Below, in pieces: positions 1 through 12,397 of a DNA stretch of 64,000 nt (its first letter is position 1; each line of letters begins with the position of its first letter). Below the pieces are notes generated by a model, which ran no database searches, was not told where the DNA came from, and saw nothing but the letters and a program-made list of their open reading frames with translations. Origin of the DNA: Paragordius varius (Eukaryota > Animalia > Nematomorpha); assembly GCA_964247055.1 (NCBI GenBank), contig OZ176059.1, positions 2,666,001 to 2,730,000 of the forward strand. Reading direction: 5' to 3'. The position numbers were made by a program, and so were the translations under genes.

Positions 1-2237
1 ACCTTGACAGTGCCAATAAGCAATGATGATATAAATGGAAATTTGACGGTCACCCCTAACTTGATGGAACAATTTAATGGGGCCGCAGATGTCGTTGTTA
101 ACGCCATAGCTAATATGGTGAAAGACGATTTGCACGAAACGCACAATATTGATTCAGGTTGTGAGTCTGATGATACCTCAAAATCTACTGTTGAAACTAT
201 TTGTAATGGCCCTCACACGATATTTGAAACACATAATTTACAGGTTTCATCACTCAAACCCAGTGATAATTTCTGCTTCCAGGGTGAAAAAATTATGGAA
301 ACTTTATCAGAATCAACAAACGTCCCTTCAACACTGTATACTACAACCGAGCTGTTACAGGGTACAGTGCCTCTCCTAGGTTTGATTGCAACTAGTCTTT
401 TAGTTTGTGGTAATAAAAACGAAAAAGTTTTATACACAGACCTTGAGAATAATTTCAAAATTTGTGTAGCAAATGCAGATGATATCCCAATCATTTGTGA
501 TAAACGTTACAGCTCGTTGGGCATTAAAAGTCATAGAGATTACCTGTTGGACATTTATAAACATTATCCCGACGGCTTTCTCCTCGTTAAAGATTTATCA
601 ACAAACGAAATCATAGGTAATATTTAATCTTAACGCCCTAATCATGTTTTTCAAAAAAATATAGTTTTAGCGATTTATCATGCATCTATTCTATGTCTAG
701 GTTCAATTTTAGCCATAAACTTTAAAAATATTGCTTGTGGTGGCATGTTTTTTATGGAGCCCGAGTACCGAAACCGCGGAATAGGAAGTAAGTTATGGGA
801 AGTTCGTAAATCATACATTCAAGATCGAATTCTAGTCGTAAATTCTGTGATGAATCGCCTAAATGCTAACCGTAAACTTGGAATGACAGATCATGAAAAA
901 GGTTATATATATCATAAAAATATTAAATAACATGTTTTTGAACCATTAACATTTATTGGGTGCAATATGGCTGTTAGTTTACCTTGAGGCATAGAGATTT
1001 TAGGCCAGGTGTTTCTAATACGCGGCCCCCCGAGAAAATAATTTGGATGTCCCTAATATTTACTTAAAAAATCTTATTAAATAAGAGATTTCTTGAAATA
1101 ATATCTGGAATCATTTATCCAAATGGCAACGATCTGGAAAAAACCTCTTATTATGTTTACAGTTTAATCGAAACTTAGCAAAATATATATGAATGCCTAT
1201 ATATAATATGAAACGAGGCTCGCCATTTAATAAAATAAAAATTCGGACCGCGAAGCCTTGTGTGTTGCTTACCCTCATCCCCTGTTTTAGGCACTTATTA
1301 CCTCAATATTTTTATATAATATTTAAATATACTCCTTTTAGTTTCCCTGTATCAGGCATATAATGTTACACCCCAGCAGTTATTACACGTATGTGATGAC
1401 CTTCTACCCACCTTGCATATCAATGAATGTGCCAACCCGTTACAAACTCCTTTACTCCCTAGTGTGGCTGAAAGAGAGGCAGTAAAGTTTTTTTCCATAA
1501 ATGATCAGTTCAATGCAGCCCCAACCATGGTGAATATAGAGGATAAAAAATCGTTTCTTACATCTATTCGGATTGAAGCGTCGACTGATTGGTCATGTCC
1601 ACCCAAGTTTTGGTCAAAATTGATGGAATTTGATACCTCAATTCATTGTGAGGATAGGGGTGATTTTCTTCGTACCCTATTAACGACTCATTCACACACT
1701 TATACAGTGGCCGTTTTTAAATTGTCATGCCCACTCACGCAGACAGATACAGATTATACGAATCTTTCCGAATGGGATGTAGTTGAATGCGTAGGGTATG
1801 GTGTTTTAAGGCCCAAATATATAGGCTACACCATAGCTCCCATGTATGCTACTCACAGTGATTACGCCTGCATCATTTTCAAAGATTTGTGCACAACCCT
1901 TGCCAATCTAGTCATTACCCAATGGGATAACGCAAACTTTGACCATCCCCTTGTGGTTTCTAAATCGAACAAAGTACCACCCAGTAAAGAGCTTGAGCTG
2001 ATAAAAGATGTCGAAACACCATCGGTCTTTTTTGACCTTACCTGTTTCAATGAAGTTGAGGAGGACGATGAGACAATGTTGAATACTAAACCTCGTAAAT
2101 CTTTTTTGCGACACGTTATTAAACAATTTGATGTTAACTTGGAAAAAAAATTTGTCCGTATGTTTTTAGGGGATTACGTGCCATTACCACGTGACAAAAT
2201 ATATTTCATCACGACAACTGAATCATTTATTACTTAA
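1..2237 (+). CDS. Tandem GNAT-family N-acetyltransferase (YitH/HolE-like C-terminal GNAT domain), 5'-partial; exons <1..616, 701..901, 1342..2237
   Basis: Frame is open from base 1. Phase-1 GT donors at 617 and 902 and AG acceptors ending at 700 and 1341 join the three ORF-track pieces in frame. Exon 2 carries the acetyl-CoA-binding motif A (GGMFFMEPEYRNRGIGSKLW). Exon 3 carries FDTSIHCEDRGDFL...GYGVLRP...IAPMYA, resembling the second GNAT domain of YitH-like proteins. Confidence 0.8.
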
Positions 2238-2701
2238 CTCACATTTCCACTTTTGATCAAATAATATATATGTCCTTCCATGTATATAGTCGTCAATTTT
2301 TAATTTATTTATTTGTCTAGTAAATTTTTAAAAACATAAAAATTTTATATATATATATATATATTAAATTTATATAAATGTAAGAAATCACTTATGTTTA
2401 ATAAATATATCTATTTTTATTTAGATTATAATGTCCAATAGTTTGACAGACATAGTTAACTATCTGTTTTTATATATGTTATCATAAATATACTAAAAAT
2501 TTTAATTAGTATCTAAATCAGGCATCTCCAACACGTTTTCGATATTCAAAAGTCTAAAAAATTAAAAAATTAAAAATTGGATTTTATCCAAAGTTTTGAG
2601 CTCAAATAAATTTAAAAAAACAAAAATTACACTAGAAAACAAATTTTGACTTTTTTAAGTGCTATTCTTGTAAATTTGAAATTTATATTAAAGTACATAA
2701 A

Positions 2702-4120
2702 TCATCATCATCATCATTTGTACGAGAATTCGCCATTAAATGGTGATACACTCGTTTTTTTAAATCTTTTCTTGATCTGGCTAATTTTAGATTTAAATTA
2801 AGCGTTTCGAAGTCTTTTGTTATTGTGTTAAGCCATGTGGTGTGGGGTCGACCGGATTTTGTAAATGGTTCAATTGAGTAATTTTTCATAGTTTTAAGAA
2901 TATGGGTATCTTTCCGTCTTTTAACATGTCCAGCTCATTGTATCCGGATTTTTCTGATGACGTTGTTGATGGGGTTGAGAATGGCGTATATGGTACGGGT
3001 TTATGGATTCGGTATAATTGAATTTAGATGGATGGTGTGCAAATAATATTGTTTTCAGTAATTTGGATTTAATGAGTAGGATTTTGTTTTTAACATCGAC
3101 CAGGATTCGGATTCATATGTAAGGACGGGACGAATGGCTGTCGTGAAAATGGCACATGTAGTTTGTAGTTCGACGAATTTATTATTATTATTATTATTTT
3201 TAACGAATGGTATTTTTTTCACATTTCTGATATGCGATGTTAATTGCATGTTCTATTCCATTACCGGTTGATATCATATCGCCCAAGTAGCAAAAAGTGC
3301 TTACTGTTTCTATATTGAAGGGTTGGAAATCGAGTTGATTGTTAAATTCATATTATTATTATTTAAACATTCCGAGCATTTGTAATTTTTATCGTAATCA
3401 TTTAGAGTTTTGAGAGTACTGCATTTTTTGTGTACCTATAAAGAACTATTATAGCGTACAGAGTTTAATTTAACTTATTTTTTACATATGCTGCACGATT
3501 AGAAATGTAATTATCGGACATTAATTTAGTTTTGGAGATACTGTCTTTAAGTCCGTAATTTTGTAGGGTGCCATTCCACAAACGAATTTTCGCTATGAGG
3601 TCGCTTTCGGTTGTCTATGTTATTACGAGGTCATCGGCATAAAGTATTTGATGTGGCATGCCGATTGCGATGTCTTTAGTTATTTCTTACATAATGATAT
3701 TAGTAAAGGGACGGGCTTAATATGGATACTTGATGGAGTCAATTTTTTATTAAATATTTTTACTTATTCCAAACGGAGTTATTGAGGTTAACAGTTATTC
3801 GTCACTTGACGCCTAAGAGCCCATGGTATAAGATCTCTTGGAATGGCATCAAAGTCTCGTTCCATGTCAAGAAAAGCATAGTATAAAGGAGCTTTTTAAA
3901 TATATGCGTTTTGTCGTTGTCTTAATGTGAATACGGCATCTATTGTACTTTTGTTTGGCCGGAACCCGCATTGCATTTCGTTTAAATGCTCTATATATAG
4001 AGTTAATATAGGATTGTTTTTAAGAAAATTAAAATCTTTTACTGCATATTAAAAAGTTAATTTGCCGACAAAGGGCGATTTTGATAATATTCTTGATCTT
4101 TCTGGGACCCTTTAATACAA
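2702..4120 (-). mobile_element. Degraded 5'-truncated RTE-type non-LTR retrotransposon
   Basis: Minus-strand RT motifs with stops and frameshifts: MQCGFRPNKSTIDAVF (~3930-3975), AFLDMERDFDAIP (~3845-3880), YADDLV (~3622-3641), FTTAIRPVLTYESESW, and GRPHTTWLNTI. It ends in a (GAT)n tail at ~2702-2716. Confidence 0.85.
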
Positions 4121-5807
4121 TGTAAAATCTTTGTTAATATTTTTCGTTTAAAATTATCCTTATGCAATATTAAAACAAATAAAATTTAGTTGACACGCTT
4201 TGATCTATTGTATTTAATTTTATTTATCTTGCGAAAGACTAATAAAGGAAAAATTAAAATAATTATTTTATATCATTTTAATATTCATTATCCTGAAGCT
4301 TTTAGCTATCGAATGATATATAATTAATTAACCTTTATTAGACCCCATTTTTGTCGCATAGTGTAACACTGTGGGCAAAAAGAGGGTTTATTTTATAAAA
4401 AAATTTTTATGAGACAGCTTATGACCGCGCATTCATTTGCCGCAAAAAATATTTGTTGACGACCTAGGCGAAGAAAATTGAAATTGGGCTATATTGAAGA
4501 ATAATTAAAAAAATCATAAAATTGAAAATCCCGTTTTTTTAAACATACATAAAAGGCAAAAAATTTATGAAACTATATCGAATTAACTTTTTTAATTAAC
4601 TAGCAAAACTCACTTTTATTATCTTAACATCCATGTTTTATTCAGTAACAAAAACTTATTCAAAATAAAACAAATGTTTTGTATTTTTTCATATTTGTCA
4701 GCTGGTTTATGAGTGTATATAAAATTTATTGTTTTATTTTGAATTCTTACATGAGCGGGAATTGTAGTATATATTTATGCAAAATAGGATTAAAAAATAG
4801 TAGAATACTAACAATCTACACAAATCCCTCTAACAAGTTTGTTATAATAAATTAATATTTTTAATGGGGTTCGCACGGATTTTTGGTTGATATTCCCTTA
4901 TTTGTAAATCATGTTTTGTATAATTTATATACTTTACCCAATCATGTAAGATTATAATAAAACAAATTTTTTATAGACTCATAACCTAGATGACAAAAAA
5001 TGAAAAAATAAAAACAATTTTTTTAGTTTTATTTTTATGTATAAGTTTTTTAACTGAATAAAGTATTGTTGTTAAAAAAGGTAGGCGCCGGATAACGGAG
5101 AGATTTAATAAATAAGGATATGACTGTAATATTAAAGGAGATCAAGAATTAAGGTCATGAATACTCCTAAACAAGCGATTTTTAATTATTATTTAAAACA
5201 ACTTTTACTTACCTATTTTTTAAAAATAAAATTAAAAATTTTTAAAAACCGACCGCGCACCTTCAACTATGGCACCCGGTGCATCAGCACCCCTTTCCAC
5301 TTTAGTTACGTTAATGCATATTGCGATTTAATATCCCAGAGCTCAATATGTAAATAAACAACTGTTTTGAAAGTTATTGTTAAAATTTAATTAGTATCAT
5401 CTCCTGTATGATAAATGGCTTATATATTTTAGTTTTGTGACTTCCAGATTTCAAAATGGATATCGCTCCAAAACAAGATTAAAAATAGCTGATTTAGAAA
5501 TCAATAATCAAGTTTTGCTGGTAAAATGAAACATTAAAGCTTTTAATTATTTACCTTTTCTAACCATAATATACATTTATTTGCTTATTGTATTAGCGAT
5601 TTAAAAAATGGTACCGAAATTCGAGATGAGTATTACATTTGAAAAAATATTATAGAACACACACCAAGTCTAAAGAAAACTTATTTTAAAATTCGGTTTT
5701 CCTAACTTTAAAAACTTTTTATGTCAAATTTCAAATCGCTATAGGATATAAAACTATACCAAAAGAATGAAGTGTTAATTATAAGTTGAAAGCTTTCCAT
5801 AGGTAAT

Positions 5808-8688
5808 TATAAATTTTTAAAAATGGAGTTTCCGTAAAACCGGTAGACCCATTCAAATCTAATTGTCGAAATATATAATAATTGAAGCCCAGACAATAGC
5901 TTCACTTTTTTTATTTAGACCCCCAGTTCAAGCCCACCCCGAGTAAAAAACGGGGTTTTTGTGAAAACACAAGTTAAAATTCGTGTCTTTGAGACAATTT
6001 TCCAGAAAACTTTGACCATTCGTTTTCAAATATGTTGCGAACATCGGCTCGCATTTTTAATTTAGGCCCTCTTTTTACCCGCTCCCCCCGTAAAATGCCA
6101 TTTTTTTCAAAAAAATTAAGTCTACAAAAATAATTTCTTGGATCTATTTTTCGCCAAGGTAGGAGACCGTAAAAATTCAATGAGGATTCCAGGTATTCCC
6201 TGTTAAAAGGAAAAAAATTTTAGTCGTGCGTTATATTGGCTGCTGCGTAAGAAGATACCCGCTAAAAACTGCGTCATCATATCAAAATTGCGTTGTTTAG
6301 GAGTTAATTTTCAGAAAACGTATCAAGCCATATATGCTTAATAAGGGACTTAAATAATACACGTAAAAAATCAAAAATTTAGTCGAGCGGTTTTTTTTAA
6401 ATTAACCGTTAATTAAGCCCTTTACGCCCTAAAAATGCGCTATCATTGAACTATTATTTAGTTTCACCATTCTCCCAAAAACTGTTGAGAACATATGGAA
6501 TGAATGATGATTCCAGGTATTCCCATAAAGGCAAAATTTTTATCTAACTTCTTTTTTATATTGGCCTTTGGATAGGGGGCTACCCTCTGCGCCACCATAT
6601 CGATACAGCACTTTGAGGATTTTAGAAAACTTATCTGGCAATATGAGTTTAATAAGGGCTTGAAATGTATGCGTAAAAAGGCAAAAAATTTAAGTAGAGC
6701 GGTTTTATGAAATTACCCCTTAATTAGGCCCTTGCCCTGAAAAATGCGCCACCATAGAATAACTCTTTGGTTTTGCCGCAATTTTTCGAAAATCCCACGT
6801 GAGCATATGGACCAAGCATGAATCCAGGTATTACCCAAATTAAGGCAAATATAATCGAGCGTTTTTTGTTTCGCTCCTGGTTGGGGGCTACCCGCGTAAA
6901 ACTGCGTCAACATATCGATAGAGCTTGCCTTTGGAGCCAAATTTCAGAAAACATATGACACTATGTGAGTTTAATAAGGCCTTAAAATATTTATTACCCC
7001 TTAAAAAACAAATATTATAGTATAGGGGATTATTCTAATGAGTCGCTAAGTAAAATTTTAAGCCCTGAAAAATGCACAGCCATAGAACAATTTTTTAGTT
7101 TTGAAGCAATATTTCCAAGAACTTATAGGAACATATGGAATCCATGATAATTCCAGATATTCCCCATAAAAAGGCAAAAATGTTGCCCAACGCTTTTTTT
7201 ATACCTGCCCCTGAATAGGGAGCTACCCGCCAAAAACTGCACCACTATATAGAAATCGCGTTGTTTTGGAGCTAATTTACAGAAAATTTATGAAGCCATA
7301 TGAGCTCAGCTTGAAATATTACCCGTAACTAGGTAAAAATTAAGGTCAAGCGTTATTTTTATTAGCAGTTAATTTGGGGCCTTTATGCCCTAAAAATACA
7401 CCATCATATAACGATTATTTAGTGTTGAGGTATTTTTTTCGAATAACCCATGAGACGATGGTAAGAAAGCTGACTCCTATTTGCCCTGTAAAGGCAAAGA
7501 TTTTAACTCAGCGCTTTTACTATATAGGTCTATGGGTAGGGATCTACCGGCTTAAAATTGAGACGCCATACAAAAATGGCTGATTTTGGAGCCAATTTTC
7601 AAAACACTCAAGAAGCCATACGAGTTCAATAAAGGCTTTAAATAATACCCATAAAAAGGTAAAAATTATAGTATAGCGTTTTTTTCCGTAGCCGTCAATT
7701 TGTGGCCTTACACCAGTAAACAATATATTAGTATGAATGTGTTTTGAAAATTCTGTGAATCACCGTTTTAAAAATCCTATGAGCTCACAACTATTAAATA
7801 ATGCTTCGAAACAATGCACATATATGGATTACAATTTTATTGATCCTTTTTTTAAAGCGGCTTCACAGGCTCCAACTTACACCATCATGTTTAACGCGGT
7901 AAATTAATTTAATAGAGAAGAATTTATTTAGCAATTTTTAATTAATAAAATCAACTGCGAAAATGAGTTTATGGGTATAAAACTACTCTAAAATGTATTC
8001 TTCTAGAAAAATAAAAAATTAATCATAATATATGTTTTAATTTCTTTTGTTTATAGTTATCTATCATATGACAAATTAGATCAGTATAATTTTGCCATAG
8101 CCTTCCTGCTTTGAACTTTATAGAAATAGACCTAGGGCGAGATTATTAATGATTTGAGCTCCAAATGATGTTATTTGAGGCTAGGAATCTAAACACTATT
8201 TGGAAGGGTTAGGACTTAGCAAATGATTTAATGATCAGGCTTAATGAGGAATTGGTGAAATAAGCACTTGACATATGACAACGTATGGTTTTTTTCATAA
8301 TCGTACTGCATTACAAAATGGACAAATTACACTTAAAGCGATCAACTGCATCACAAGTTATGTATTATTATATATATATGGGAATTTTACAAATGTGTGT
8401 AAGTCAAACCTCTTTGTTTCATAAGGATATAACATGTCTTTTTTATTTATATACACGATGTCAAAAATAAGCTTTTGCACGTTTCACCCAATAATTGCTT
8501 ATGATTTCATTGCTGAATAAATATTTTTTGTTAACATAAATTTTGGTGTGCTTGGGGACTTTATACCCTTAAAACCACTCAACAATATGTTTTTGAGTCG
8601 ATTTTTTGCCAAAATTATGAATAGTATTGCAGAATAAGAAGTCCGAAAGATTTCCTAGGGGTGAGTAGCAGCCCTAGATTTACGCAAG
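5808..8688 (+). mobile_element. Non-autonomous Helitron-like element, copy 1, with internal tandem array
   Basis: 5837-6230 is the reverse complement of the 36.3-38.0 kb repeat unit. The 3' end CCTAGGGGTGAGTAGCAGCCCTAGATTTACGCAAG|T (8654-8689) matches the hairpin+CTAG|T end of copy 2, with CTAG changed to CAAG. The 5' end is degenerate and approximate. Confidence 0.65.
6170..7720 (+). repeat. About 5 degenerate tandem copies of a ~320-bp unit
   Basis: The anchor GATTCCAGGTATTCCC and its variants recur at ~6185, 6510, 6822, 7150 and 7477 (spacing ~312-328 bp). Confidence 0.8.
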
Positions 8689-11600
8689 TTATAAATATTT
8701 TTCAATCATATATTTATTACCCTGAATTGTTTACGATTTAAAAAATAAACGAAAAATTGAAGTGAACAAGCTTATGAGTTTATTTTATATGTAGTTTCAA
8801 AAAAAAATTCGTATCATACGCGTAAATGGCTAAAGAAATCATATTTTTAATTATGCATTGGTAAAAATATTTTTTAAGATATTTTAAATGGCTTAATATA
8901 AAACTTCAAGGTTAGGAAGTGTTAATATATATTAACAAGAAATTTATAAAAATACAGGTGACATTTGAAAATAATTTTGTTCGCAGCTCAAAAGCAATAT
9001 CAGATTAAAAGTAGAAAGTTATTTTACAGATACGCATAAAATTACAAGCTATTTTTTAATAATATTTATTAACAAAACGTTTTAGTATATTGGTAGTTAA
9101 AAATTTAAATATTCGTAATTTATTAACTACATTACTGTCATCTCTAAGGCGAGTGATATATTTAATGGGTAAATACAATATAAGTACTTATCGTTTAATA
9201 AAAAAATTAAGAGATTCTAAACTGTGTTTTATTTAATTTACTGATAAAACTTATGTCAAATCATTTGCCTTCACTATATCAGTTGGGCCTGACGGTCTTT
9301 AAATAAGTTTTAAAATACAACCCCTTGTTTGAATAACAGGCCATTTAGAACGCTTACATTATGACAAGTGGTTACTCTACCCCTATTTGTTTCAATTACG
9401 CACCAAAGGCTAACTAAGACAGAGTTTTAAATTATATCTGTAATAGGTCGAGCTATGTATCCTAATTATTTTCTATTAACGGTTTTAACAGAACCTTTAA
9501 TGTTGAACACTGTGTGCTTTTTTTAGACTTGATATAAGGAAATCAGGTTGGGGATTATCTAACAAACAGCCGATTCTAGTATTTTGCCCATTTATAACGA
9601 GTAAAACGCTAAATTTTAAACATGTATTTATGATATTTGTTTGTTGAAACACCTAGACGAATCAATTTGGAGATTTTACCAAGAAAATGTTTTTCACATT
9701 TCGCCCAAAAACGCCTATTTTTTAAGTATCATAAAATTGTTATAAAATACTCATCTCAAAGTTTCTCACCGCTATTTATTTAGTATAAATTGCTAATACA
9801 ATATTGATTAAAAAATATAAATAACTAAATTTAGACAGCTTTCAAATTATTTTCGAGCAAATTTTTATTGATTTTAATAACAGCTGTCTTCAATGGTTTT
9901 GAGCTATCCTTCGGGAAAATTAAAAAATGTAATAAGTTTTAGCTAAACAGGGGAATAAAGTTCATAACCAAACTTCATTCAAAACAAACATTAAACATTA
10001 GTTTATCACTATTCTTAAGCTTTGGGGTAAAAAACTACCCTAAAATGTCATCGCGTACACAAAAAATGAAATGAATGCTAAAAGTTTTGAATTTTTGGGT
10101 AAAATCCCATTTAAATAAAAGATTAAGATATAAACCGTGCGTGCACAACGGGAACCGTATGCACCGTATAAAAAATTTATTAAACATCAATTCTAATATA
10201 ATGCTTAAAATAACAGATTTAAAACTTTGCAAATTACCGCGTTGCCTTTTTATGTATCACGAGGTACGAAGGTGAATTAACAAGATTATTGCTAATATTA
10301 GCTAAAACAAACAAATTTGATTTTCTGGAAAAGTTTTTTTTTGTATTTATTTGTCCTATATACCGTTATAAATTGCAAATTATTTTTTAATCTTAAATAT
10401 CATATCATTTACTCTATCAAAAATATACCATTTACACCTCATATTGATTTAAAATCAAGGGTGAATTGGATATCAATTGAGATGTTTATAGTATGTTATA
10501 ATTAGTTTAAAAAGAGCACGAGCTCTAAAATTAAAAACTATGTTAATATCGGATTTTTTTATGCCCCGATTTTATGTACAGTGCCAAATGTTATCAATCG
10601 ATCTTTTTTAATATAAAACTAACCAAAATTAAGATAAAATTTATTTTGTAATTATATATATGGATATATAAATGAGTTTATAATATAAAAATAATAACAT
10701 AACTGACATTGAAAAATGAAACATATGAAATACAATCTTTGTAAAGTAAAAAATATATTTATTTATAATTAAAAAATATCAACACATTTTCCAGGTGATT
10801 GAATGAAAAAATAAGACAAAAAAGAAAATTCATGCGATGGGAATTAAAGTGATCTTTTAATTATTTTACAATATATAATTTAGGTGTTTTAAACAATTGG
10901 TTTTACAAAAGGTAAACGATTATATTTTTGATTATTACCATACCCCATAGAGAAATAAACTTAATAATTCAATTTATTTCAATTAAATAAAATAATGATT
11001 GTTTAAGGTAGAAATAAAAATATTTTCCACACGTGTTTAGTAAAAATATAAATTTTTGGCAGAGCTTAATTAAATTTATTTTAGCTGTACATTTTATTCA
11101 AAAGCAATGTGGCGTTTTATATAATTCACTTTTATAACTTGTGTTCGACAAAAAGTATTAAGGGACAAATAGTTGTTATAATTTACAAATTCCACAATAT
11201 AGATAAATATCAAAAAGGTAAAAACAATTAAACAACAATATATGTTTTTGAAAATAGATTTGTGGTATATAAGTTGCTGTCTGTATCAGTAAAAATATTA
11301 GTAATAAACCAAAAAAAATTGTTATGGCCGCTAATTAACACATTATAAAGAAAAATGTTTGTACAAGACAAAATAATGTTTTATGTCAATTTATTGTTAC
11401 TTTTGTTATCATATAAAAAGCTTAAAGAGACCACTATCAGTGTAATAAAATTATAATCAACGAAATTCATCGTTAGTCAAAAAGTTATTATCCGAAAATA
11501 ATCGAAAAAATATTTAAACACGGTGTACATTTATGTAATAAATAAAGCTGGGCAGGGGCGGGAAACAGAGACAAACAAAATTTATGGGTAAAATAAATAT

Positions 11601-12331
11601 ATATATTATCTTTAGTAAAAATTGGTGCTTATTTACATAAATATACATTCCACTAAGGGATAACATGTTTTCACAACAAAATTGTATATATATATATAAA
11701 AAAACGACATTTCAATAATTAAGATAATAATATTTATAAGAAAGTTAGTAAGTTTAGTTATTATGTAAAATATTTATCTATATGTATGAAGAATCCAGTT
11801 TTGTGGTTTTAGAGCTATCATATGTTAATAGATCTATCTGTTTACATACCATAATCTATTTTCTCGTTTTCTTTGAAAACTTATTTCAAGGGGTATGATG
11901 ATAAATACAATGGCAAAAAAGCAGAATAATTTTACGTGTGTAAAAATATTATTTTACACAATTTTTGTTTGTTTTGGGTATGAAATATGATTTAAAGACA
12001 TAAGCCGATAAGCATAACATTAGTCGTAATATATTGAAAGTATCCACACATATATGCAAAACTAATTAACAAAAAACTCTATTAATAAAACGCCAATTTC
12101 CATGTGAAAAAATGGATAGAAAACGACAAGATGGACGCATTATTCCCATGTTATCTAATGATATGGTATGATATCAGTGGAAAAATAATCAATATAAAAA
12201 ATTGTTAGGAGGTATTTTCATGTGTGTGAAACATTCATTCTGTTTTGGAGACTATCCTCTTGTCACACCCCAGCTTCAATTATATCGTAACGTTCACAGC
12301 ACAAACCAAAAAAGAAACGTAAAAATAGCCA

Positions 12332-12397
12332 TTATAGCATTTTTTCAAAGGATGACATTATGTCGCTTTGTCGGTTAATATCAATGATTCCAGAGTT
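12332..12397 (-). other. Terminal exon encoding the P-TEFb-interacting C-terminal motif
   Basis: [21 protein letters not shown] follows [18 protein letters not shown] and resembles the BRD4-L C-terminus (IDMNFQSDLLSIFEENLF). Confidence 0.88.
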
